A stretch of 32,000 nucleotides of DNA from Acaryochloris thomasi RCC1774 (lineage in GTDB: Bacteria; Cyanobacteriota; Cyanobacteriia; Thermosynechococcales; Thermosynechococcaceae). The notes under the pieces are model-generated. The model was not told where the DNA came from. It made no database searches and was given only the letters and a program-made list of their open reading frames with translations. The DNA lies in contig NZ_PQWO01000007.1 in the NCBI RefSeq assembly GCF_003231495.1, positions 234,424 to 266,423 of the forward strand, read 5' to 3'. Made by a program: the position numbers and the translations under genes. Position 1 is the stretch's first letter, and each line of letters opens with the position of its first letter. This document shows, piece after piece, positions 1 through 7,497 of the stretch.

Positions 1-1
1 G

Positions 2-694
2 CGTCTGAGTGATGCCATCAAGGAAGTCGAGACGGCTTTTGCCGGTCTAGATCTCCCCGCTGGTGTGGCGCGGTTGCCAAGCACCATTGCCCAGAGCAAT
101 CAAGAACTACAGCAATCGCTCCAGCTTTTGGGAGGGCTGGCGGTGTTTTTGGTGTTCGTCGTCATGGCCGTGCAGTACAACTCGCTGATTGATCCTCTGG
201 TAATTCTGTTCACAATTCCGCTGGCGCTCACGGGAGGAATCTTTGGCCTTTACGTTAGCCAAACCTCGATGGGAGCCACGGTGATTGTGGGCGTGGTCCT
301 ACTGGTGGGGATTGTGGTGAATAACGCCATCATTATGGTGGAGCTGGCGAATCAAATCTATGTCCAATCGAATCAAGATCGCCAAGCGGCTATTCTGCAG
401 GCGGCTCCCCAGCGACTTAAGCCTATTTTGATGACCACAATGACCACGGTGTTGGGGATGTTTCCGCTGGCGCTGGGCATTGGTCAAGGGTCGGAATTCC
501 TGCAGCCGTTGGGCATTGTGGTGTTTGCTGGTCTTTCGCTGGCGACGTTGCTGACGCTGTTTATTATTCCCTGTGTGTATCTAATGCTGCATGATGATCT
601 GCCGCGGCGGTCTCGTCCTCAAGCAAGGCAGCCCTCCTTTCCTCTTGCTGCATCTCGCGTGATCTTGAAAGGCAAGGGTCGTCGGATAAAGTAG
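2..694 (+). CDS. RND (AcrB/HAE1-type) efflux permease, C-terminal fragment; the 5' end lies outside the window
   Basis: The frame is open from nt 2 with no stop before the track ORF at 65. VVNNAIIMVE...MTTMTTVLGMFPLALG...FIIPCVY matches the last transmembrane segments of AcrB-family pumps. Confidence 0.85.
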   Translation, partial: RLSDAIKEVETAFAGLDLPAGVARLPSTIAQSNQELQQSLQLLGGLAVFLVFVVMAVQYNSLIDPLVILFTIPLALTGGIFGLYVSQTSMGATVIVGVVLLVGIVVNNAIIMVELANQIYVQSNQDRQAAILQAAPQRLKPILMTTMTTVLGMFPLALGIGQGSEFLQPLGIVVFAGLSLATLLTLFIIPCVYLMLHDDLPRRSRPQARQPSFPLAASRVILKGKGRRIK

Positions 695-700
695 CTTGTC

Positions 701-1228
701 CTATAGCCGAGTTTCTTTGTCGATCAGATGGGCCTCCAGGAACCACAAACGCATGTCCGCAGTGCGCGAGATTTCGGTGTACAGATCTGCTGTGTCTGAA
801 TCGCCTGCCTCTTCTGTAGATGAGATCGCATCTCTCACATGACGGGCATAGGTAGCATAGGCATCTGCCAGCGCTTGCACATGCTCAGACCCTGCCACCG
901 CATTCATTGGATATTCTGACAGCAGTGATTCCGCTGCCGCCACTCGGGCCGTCCCTCGTGCGACGGATCCTAGTGCTGTGATTCGCTCAGCAACCATATC
1001 GACATAGCCTTCGATTTCGCCCGCAAGTTCATCGAATAGGTTGTGAAGCTGGTAGAAATCCATCCCCTTTACGTTCCAGTGGGCCTGCTTGATCTGAGTT
1101 TTGAGATCCAAGCTGGTGGCAAGGGTCAAACTCAGCGTATCCACAACCTGCTCACGGGTACCCATCGGTAAATCAATACGGCTGGGATAAAAGCGATGCT
1201 TCGTCGTTTTGTGAGTGCTTGCAACCAT
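701..1228 (-). CDS. dps: Dps family DNA-protection/ferritin-like protein
   Basis: Track ORF 701-1393 trimmed to the ATG at 1226-1228, which has GAGGA 6 nt upstream. The QAHWNVKGMDFYQLHNLFDE...VDMVAERI block is typical of Dps. Confidence 0.85.
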   Translation of the reverse strand: MVASTHKTTKHRFYPSRIDLPMGTREQVVDTLSLTLATSLDLKTQIKQAHWNVKGMDFYQLHNLFDELAGEIEGYVDMVAERITALGSVARGTARVAAAESLLSEYPMNAVAGSEHVQALADAYATYARHVRDAISSTEEAGDSDTADLYTEISRTADMRLWFLEAHLIDKETRL

Positions 1229-1526
1229 GATGATTCCTCGTAGGGCAATGATATTGAGCTTAAACCGAAAATACGACCTGTGCCGTACCCTAGACAACGA
1301 CTCAGTGGGGCCAGACGTAATGTCACTATGGCCCAAATTATGAGGAGAAAAGCACAAGAGTCCAACAACGGCGAGCCTGCCGTCACTAGGCAAAAACTAA
1401 AAAGCTGTTGAACTCTTATCGTTTGAAACAATCGTTAGGCTGGGTAAACGCCGCAGCAGAAACAGATCAGGACGTCAATGACTGAGCTCACTTTGAAGTT
1501 TCAAAACCTCAGTACCGTCTTCTTGC

Positions 1527-1733
1527 TCAATTAACGAGAGCCGGATTATTCTCGGAACCGTTGCGAGTCACTTCATTACCTTTGATCTTACGTGTGATCG
1601 AAGAGTGATGGATCTCTTGAACCTTACCCTCCGCTTGTCTGTTTCCCCAGGCCCAAGTGACGTTCTGACCTTTAGCTGCTTTGATAAAAATGAGTGATAA
1701 GCAGACGCGAGCAGCTAGGGGTAAGTATGTCAT
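1527..1733 (-). CDS. small DUF2945-like (hypervirulence-associated TUDOR-type) protein
   Basis: VTWAWGNRQAEGKVQEI...ITRKIKGNEVTRNGSENNPAL resembles the DUF2945 core (W-WG-G-AEGKV...TR.IKG.EV.R). Its ATG (1731-1733) overlaps the TGA (1730-1732) of the upstream gene as ATGA. The hydrophobic 20-aa N-terminal extension is atypical, so the start is uncertain. Confidence 0.5.
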   Translation of the reverse strand: MTYLPLAARVCLSLIFIKAAKGQNVTWAWGNRQAEGKVQEIHHSSITRKIKGNEVTRNGSENNPALVN

Positions 1734-3877
1734 GAGTCTTCTCCTAAGTGGGATTGAAGGATTTTTGTGCGTGGATTGGCGCGGAAGATCTGTCGATGGT
1801 TGCGATCTCGCAAAATATAGTCCCGCAGCCAGCTACTCAGCAGGGCGAAGCGATTGCCGATGCCGGGTAAGTAGTAGAGGTGAATGACGAGCCAAGTTAA
1901 CCATCCCAGCGGTCCGGTCACCTTGATTTTGCTGAGCAAATAAGCCACACCCGCATGACGGGCAATAATCGCGGCGCGTCCTTTATCGAAGTATGAAAAG
2001 GGCTGAGGGTCGCATCCCTGCATCTGCCGCTGGATATTTTTAGCCACTGCGCCCCCCTGCTGGAGTGCTTCGGGGGCCACGCCGATCAGAACTTCATCCC
2101 CCTGTTCAACGTGGGCAACATCTCCAGCCATATACACCGTTGGATAGTGAGCAAGCTGCAGGGTTGGCTCCACGACAACTTTTTGCTGACGAGCGGTGCC
2201 AATTACGCCATCCCAGTCTTCAGGGTGCGACAGGCTGGGTTTATCTGCCAAAACCCCTGCAGTCCAAATGACTGTGGCAGCCGCAATGTGTCTGTTATCG
2301 GAGAGAGCTGTACCTTGGGGCGAGACCGCCGTTACTTTTGTGGATAAACGAACCTCTATCCCACGTCGCTGAAGCTGTCGGAGGGTGTAGCGCCCCAGTG
2401 ATCTGGGCAATCCGGGTAATAGAGTCTCGCCAGACTGAATTAAGAGAATTCGTGCTTTTGACAAATCAAGGTTGGGATAGTCTCGACGAAAGGGCCCCGC
2501 CAATAGCTCTTTAAGTGCGCCTGCTAACTCGATTCCAGTGGGACCACCTCCGACGATCACAAACGTTAGGTACTGAGATTCATTTGTTTGGTCAGCCTGT
2601 TCCAAACTCCAGAGAATTTGGTGACGAAGTGCGATCGCATCCTCCAGGGTCCGCAAGGCAAACGTATGCTCCGGTGCTCCGGGCACTCCCAGAAAACGTG
2701 TTTGGCTCCCCGTTGCCAAAATTAGATAGTCATACTCCAGATCGCCAGTATCGGTGATCACCTGCTGCCTGTCTAAATCGAGCTGCTTTACCGCCCCGAG
2801 CCAAAAGCGACTATGAGGAATGCGCCGGATCCAGTTGCGAATCGGATAGGCAATCACGCTGGGCGCAATGAAGCCGGTGGCAACCTGATAGAGCAGCGGA
2901 ATGAAGGTGTGGTAGTTGTTGCGATCTATGATTACAATCTCAGCTCCGGTTTGAGAGAGCTTTTGGGCCGCTCGGATGCCTGCAAACCCTGCACCGATAA
3001 TCACGATTCGCTGATGATTCTTGGGTGTTGAATGAGTCTGTGAGCCGATCAAGATACTGCCCAGCACAACCCCAGCCCCGATCAGTTGAATTGCGGTGAA
3101 CGTCTCTTGTAAAAAGAAATATCCAATCAGAGAGGCCACTAAGGGGCTGAGCAGTCCCAGATAGGAGGCCGCAGTGGGATTCAACTTTGCGATTCCTCGG
3201 AACCAAAGTGCGTAGGCTAACCCTGTGCCCACTAGACCCAAATAGGCAAATCCCCATAGATTAGCGCGGGTGATCTGCTCAAACGGTCCCTCTGTGACCA
3301 AGGCCACCGGCAATAGCATCAGTCCCCCCACCGTTAGCTGCCATGCCGTGAACACAATCAGAGAAACAGGAGGCTTCCAGCGCTTCACCAGTACGGTCCC
3401 TAGCCCCATAGCGCCCGCACTGGCCAGGGCTGCAATGATGCCTATGCTATCTAGACGTGCGCTGGGGCCAAGCACTAACAGACCCACACCGATAAAGCCC
3501 GCTACTGCTGCAAGAATAGAACGCCTAGAGGGCTGCTCACTCAGAATCATCCAGGCAAATAGCCCGACCAATAAAGGCTGAATCGCTCCGGCTGTGGCGG
3601 CAACGCCCCCTGGAAGGCGATAGGCTGCAATGAACAACAATGCCTGAAAAACGCCAATATTGAGACCCCCTAAAACCAGCATCCGCCACCACCAGATGCC
3701 TTGGGGAAGCTTCCGCAGCCCTATGATTAGCAGCAGTCCTATGGGAAGCGATCGCATCGCGGCCACCAACAACGGATGACCTAATGGCAAAAACTCAGTC
3801 GCCACCACATAGGTTGTCCCCCATGAGATAGGAGCCAGTGCCGTGAGCAGAATGTTGAAGAGGCGAGTTGCTTTCAC
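1730..3877 (-). CDS. in-frame fusion of an EamA/DMT (PecM-like) 10-TM transporter (aa 1-~280) with a type II NADH dehydrogenase, NDH-2 (aa ~290-715)
   Basis: One uninterrupted 715-aa ORF. The N-terminal half shows two EamA-like hydrophobic repeats. After the linker QTHSTPKNHQ come RIVIIGAGFAG (first Rossmann motif), FVIVGGGPTGIELAG (second) and an NDH-2-type C-terminal tail. Confidence 0.75.
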   Translation of the reverse strand: MKATRLFNILLTALAPISWGTTYVVATEFLPLGHPLLVAAMRSLPIGLLLIIGLRKLPQGIWWWRMLVLGGLNIGVFQALLFIAAYRLPGGVAATAGAIQPLLVGLFAWMILSEQPSRRSILAAVAGFIGVGLLVLGPSARLDSIGIIAALASAGAMGLGTVLVKRWKPPVSLIVFTAWQLTVGGLMLLPVALVTEGPFEQITRANLWGFAYLGLVGTGLAYALWFRGIAKLNPTAASYLGLLSPLVASLIGYFFLQETFTAIQLIGAGVVLGSILIGSQTHSTPKNHQRIVIIGAGFAGIRAAQKLSQTGAEIVIIDRNNYHTFIPLLYQVATGFIAPSVIAYPIRNWIRRIPHSRFWLGAVKQLDLDRQQVITDTGDLEYDYLILATGSQTRFLGVPGAPEHTFALRTLEDAIALRHQILWSLEQADQTNESQYLTFVIVGGGPTGIELAGALKELLAGPFRRDYPNLDLSKARILLIQSGETLLPGLPRSLGRYTLRQLQRRGIEVRLSTKVTAVSPQGTALSDNRHIAAATVIWTAGVLADKPSLSHPEDWDGVIGTARQQKVVVEPTLQLAHYPTVYMAGDVAHVEQGDEVLIGVAPEALQQGGAVAKNIQRQMQGCDPQPFSYFDKGRAAIIARHAGVAYLLSKIKVTGPLGWLTWLVIHLYYLPGIGNRFALLSSWLRDYILRDRNHRQIFRANPRTKILQSHLGEDS
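2631..2638. repeat. HIP1 palindrome GCGATCGC (first of 17 exact copies in the window)
   Basis: Exact copies start at 2631, 3748, 3938, 6473, 9113, 14202, 15222, 17486, 17588, 19728, 21244, 22449, 22826, 25015, 27086, 29743 and 29988. Confidence 0.9.
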
Positions 3878-4623
3878 AGATTGACTTCAACCTTAAATTG
3901 ATTTGCCTGGATTGCGGTGGGTGCCCTATTCACGTTAGCGATCGCGTGCTTTATCTGCACACCCTACAGACTTCAGATAGTTGGGTCTTGCACAAAATTG
4001 CGGTCTTTTGTCGATTCGTTGTCACGCTTTCGCATGGCCTGTTTACATATTGGTTGGATCAGAGAAGTCCGCTGATGCCCCTATCGGCTGCTATTGATGA
4101 AAGGGGCGACGCAAAAGTGACGGCTGGCCCTTGAGGGATAATTCTGCTGGGGTTCAGTTCGGGTAGACCCGCATAGTAAATCCGCTTCACATGATCGGTA
4201 CTACAAACCTCATTGACCCACGGATGTTAATAAGGCGACCGACAGTAATTCCACTGTCCTCAGGGACAGCCAAGGAATGACTTAGCCATTGGAGAACCAG
4301 GCATTCGCACCGAATCTCATCGCGACAACCATCGCCAAACCATCGGCACTATCAAGTTTTATTGCGCTCAGCACAATTAAAGGCATATGATATGAGTTCT
4401 AACTTAGAGCCTGTAAAAGCAGGCTGCGTAGGGGTCGTTAATCTTAACAATTACTCTCAAACAAAGCATGGAACATTAATGTGAAGTAGTCATTCACTAT
4501 TTATAGAAACTAAATAAACCCAACATCTTCACAGCACGGTAGGCAAAGGAGTTTAGCTCAGCAGGTAACGTAAAAGATATCACCAGCTAGACAACAACAA
4601 GGCTTTCATCCGCGAAAGAACAT

Positions 4624-4650
4624 CCTCACTTGCTGAGGGACTCTTTTTTT
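4624..4650 (+). terminator. weak hairpin plus T7 run in the long leader upstream of the Roadblock gene (possible terminator or attenuator)
   Basis: cctca(4624-4628)/tgagg(4634-4638) forms a 5-bp stem. It is followed by gactc and ttttttt (4644-4650), and preceded by a second 5-bp hairpin, ctttc...gaaag. The stem is short. Confidence 0.3.
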
Positions 4651-4773
4651 ATTCTCTAGGTATTACTTGTTTATTAAAAGACTTCACGAAGTCTACTGAG
4701 TTCTTGTACTCTGCTTTATCACAATCAGGACTTGGAACATAGCTCAAGATTTACTTGATTAAGGAAATGTCGA

Positions 4774-5889
4774 ATGCTCACAGACCTAGGACAGCTAATC
4801 TATACTAGTTTTCCTGGCGCGGGCTTAAAAAGAGTCTGTAGCAACCAGATACCGCTAGACATTCAAGACGCCTTTCTACATCAAGTTGTTTATAAAAACT
4901 GGAACTCCTATAATCCTCCAAGTTCTGGAGAGCAGGCAGTTTATCTTTATCAGCCAAACTTAGAGAGCTGCATCTTTGGCTGGCTTTATAGTGACAGTAT
5001 TGATGAGCACAATCGCCACATTCCATATTTCCTAGGATATTATCTAGAAAATACCTTGAATACCAGCTATTTACAGCAAGTCCTAACCTGTATACAAAAA
5101 GGACCCATTGGTTTTTGGAACTACAGCAGCGCCCCCGACCAATATCCAAATCTAGTCAGCATTGAAGACGTTAACACTTACGATGCAGCTCGAGAAGGGT
5201 TACATCTTTCATCTGATTTTTGCGATACCCTGCATGTAGATCTGGGCATGGAGAAAGAACTCAATTTCTTTAATTTCTCTAAGCGAGAATCTTCGCAAGC
5301 CATCATCTTAATAGATGAGCATTTAGATAGGGAGGTGGACGATGGAGATAGAGATCTCCTAAGAGAGGAAGAATCAAAAGCAGATGAAAAACCTGCGATA
5401 AATACATCAGAACTAATCGAGCTTATTTTACAGAATCTAATTCAGAAACCGCTCGAAATTCAATCAGCTTTTTTGGTTTCTGCAGAAGGCCAGCTACTTA
5501 CTCCTGCAATGAATATAGATAAAGATAGTGCTCTAATCATCGCGGGAACTATGATTTATTTAGCGCAGAGTACGAGTACAGAGTTACAGTGGGAAAAAAT
5601 CGAAAAAATTTGCATCCAAGGAACAGAAGGATATATGATTTTGGCTTCCTGTACGCCTGATTGTTTTTTACTCATTCAAGCTAATAAGGTACTGATGGGG
5701 CTACTGGATGGGGAAGTCAACCGTGTCATACAAAAGATTAGGGCTATTTTACTGACTCATCAATCTGACACACATTCTTCAGAAGATGAGACAAACATAA
5801 AGAATCTATCTCAAGTGAGCAGCAACTCCAAATCAACAAAAAGCAAGCCTGTCATGTATCGTGGAAATCCCATCCAACGAGAACCTTAA
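4774..5889 (+). CDS. Roadblock/LC7 (MglB-like) domain protein with an unassigned ~175-aa N-terminal domain, an acidic linker and a disordered Ser/Lys tail
   Basis: AAGGAA lies 8 nt upstream of the ATG. Residues ~211-327 (LIELILQNL..IQSAFLVSAEGQLL...ALIIAGTMIYLAQ...IEKICIQGTEGYMILASCTPDCFLLIQANK..MGLLDGEVNRVIQKIRAIL) follow the Roadblock/LC7 pattern. I do not recognise the N-terminal part. Confidence 0.65.
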   Translation: MLTDLGQLIYTSFPGAGLKRVCSNQIPLDIQDAFLHQVVYKNWNSYNPPSSGEQAVYLYQPNLESCIFGWLYSDSIDEHNRHIPYFLGYYLENTLNTSYLQQVLTCIQKGPIGFWNYSSAPDQYPNLVSIEDVNTYDAAREGLHLSSDFCDTLHVDLGMEKELNFFNFSKRESSQAIILIDEHLDREVDDGDRDLLREEESKADEKPAINTSELIELILQNLIQKPLEIQSAFLVSAEGQLLTPAMNIDKDSALIIAGTMIYLAQSTSTELQWEKIEKICIQGTEGYMILASCTPDCFLLIQANKVLMGLLDGEVNRVIQKIRAILLTHQSDTHSSEDETNIKNLSQVSSNSKSTKSKPVMYRGNPIQREP

Positions 5890-6016
5890 CTTCGCTTACT
5901 TTTAAAGTTCTAGGATCACTTCAATATATTTAAAGATAGAAGAAAAAATTTTCCTGTAGCTTTATCTTTCCTATAAAACAAACCTATGGCATAACAAATT
6001 TAGAGGTAGGTTATAG

Positions 6017-7363
6017 ATGTCTAAAACTGCGATTCAATCTCTTAATTTTCTTAGCATTGGCGATCGGGGTGTTGGCAAAACAATTTTCTTGCTGGCCAAC
6101 TACGCTGCACTGCGTCCGAAGTCAGCAGATGCACAGAAACAGGATATATATTTTGATTGCCAAAATGGTAAAGATCGAAAGAATCTTGAATCGCTGTTAG
6201 CGCTAGTCGCTAAAACAGGTCAATATCCACCTCCAACACTTCAAATCACCGACTTTAGATTTGATGTCAAACGCCACAGTTGGCAGGGAGCCAAAGTGCT
6301 GTGCCAGTTTCACTGGTCAGATGTACCTGGAGAGTCTTGTCAATCCTTTGATGCAGAGTTTCAAGCGGTCTTGCAAAAATCCCATGGCTGCTGCTTATTT
6401 CTGGATGCCTACGAGTTGATTCATAATCCGCAGTACCTCGCTCATTTAGAGATGTTAACCAAGCGAGCTGAAGCGATCGCATCTCTAGCCCACCGATATC
6501 AACTCCACTACTCTATTGCCCTGGTTTTGACAAAGTGTGATCTTATTGGTGCGGGTCCCTCAGGCCTGCTGAAGCTAGAAGAAAAGCTGCATCCCTTAAT
6601 TCGTTCCTTGAAAGCCGTCAACGCCAACTATCGCTGCTTCTACTCAGCCATTCCGATCTCTGCCTTTAAAACGCCTACCGTCCTTGAAGCCCACGGGATT
6701 GAAGCGCCGCTGTTATGGTTAGTTACAGAAGCCAGAGCCTCTAGTCGACCCCTTCAAACCCTAGATAAAAGTCTAGATAGTGTTTTGTCAAATTCGGTAG
6801 CCCCCTCCTCCAAGACAACCTCGACGAAGAGCGGCAGTCCTGTTTGGCTTCGTCTCCTAGCGGGGGTTGGTATTTTGGGAGTGTTAACTGGGCTATTTGT
6901 AGGTCTTCGCGCTCTATTGCCTTCCACAGACCCATCACTTTCCTCCAACCCATCGATTCGTAGGCATCAAATTACACTGAAGCGTGATCCCGACAATGTG
7001 GAGGCCACCAGACAGCTCGCGGCAGAATATACAAAACTAGAACAGTACGGTCAAGCCATCCCCCTGCTCGAGAATCTCGCTCAAGAACAGCCTGAAAATC
7101 TCAACTTGCTAACTGAATTAGGTCGACTTTATTTAGTAACAGGACAGTTACAGAAAGAAGAGAATATCTATGACCAGATTTTGCTCCAGGATGAAAGCAA
7201 TATCTTAGCCCTGACAGGTAAGGCTGAGATTTATCTAAAAAAAGGGGAAATTGAAACGGCAAAGTCGCTGTTCGCAGAAGCTGAAGAGCGTGCCCCTTCA
7301 GAAAAGCTGAAGCAGACAATTCGCAAAATAGCCACAGAAAATCTCCAGGCAGCCGAGAAGTAA
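6017..7363 (+). CDS. Ras/MglA-like small GTPase domain fused to one predicted TM helix and C-terminal TPR repeats
   Basis: G1 is GDRGVGKT (aa 15-22), G3 is DVPGE (aa 102-106), G4 is TKCD (aa 172-175) and G5 is SAI (aa 210-212). The hydrophobic stretch LLAGVGILGVLTGLFVGL (aa 280-297) is flanked by Arg. About three TPR-like repeats occupy aa ~325-425. GAGGT lies ~10 nt upstream of the ATG. Confidence 0.7.
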   Translation: MSKTAIQSLNFLSIGDRGVGKTIFLLANYAALRPKSADAQKQDIYFDCQNGKDRKNLESLLALVAKTGQYPPPTLQITDFRFDVKRHSWQGAKVLCQFHWSDVPGESCQSFDAEFQAVLQKSHGCCLFLDAYELIHNPQYLAHLEMLTKRAEAIASLAHRYQLHYSIALVLTKCDLIGAGPSGLLKLEEKLHPLIRSLKAVNANYRCFYSAIPISAFKTPTVLEAHGIEAPLLWLVTEARASSRPLQTLDKSLDSVLSNSVAPSSKTTSTKSGSPVWLRLLAGVGILGVLTGLFVGLRALLPSTDPSLSSNPSIRRHQITLKRDPDNVEATRQLAAEYTKLEQYGQAIPLLENLAQEQPENLNLLTELGRLYLVTGQLQKEENIYDQILLQDESNILALTGKAEIYLKKGEIETAKSLFAEAEERAPSEKLKQTIRKIATENLQAAEK

Positions 7364-7497
7364 ATGCATCGATAACGACTCAGCTTTTACTGAACCGTCT
7401 GTCGTCACTTCACTGAGAAGCAGAGATAATAGACCACTAGCGATGGCTGCCTAACTTCGCAGAGAAGCAGCCAACTCAGCACTTCTTCAGACGGCGG

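Noticed and set aside
1241-1259. Fur-box-like sequence ggcaatgatattgagctta just upstream of dps
   Set aside because: Only 11 of 19 positions match the classical GATAATGATAATCATTATC consensus, which is not distinguishable from chance in AT-rich leader DNA.
3868-4134. 88-aa + strand ORF in the leader region
   Set aside because: It starts with a non-ATG codon and overlaps the start of the EamA-NDH-2 gene on the other strand. It has no recognisable motif or ribosome-binding site, and its composition looks like translated non-coding DNA.
4554-4567. tRNA D-arm-like string tagctcagcaggta
   Set aside because: There is no matching acceptor stem, anticodon arm or GTTCGAATC-type T-arm nearby, so it is not a tRNA or a convincing tRNA fragment.
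4813-4833. P-loop-like PGAGLKR after a hydrophobic strand in the Roadblock protein N-terminus (possible pseudo-GTPase)
   Set aside because: It does not fit GxxxxGK[ST], and no DxxG or NKxD follows. A beta-strand followed by a Gly-rich turn is not specific.
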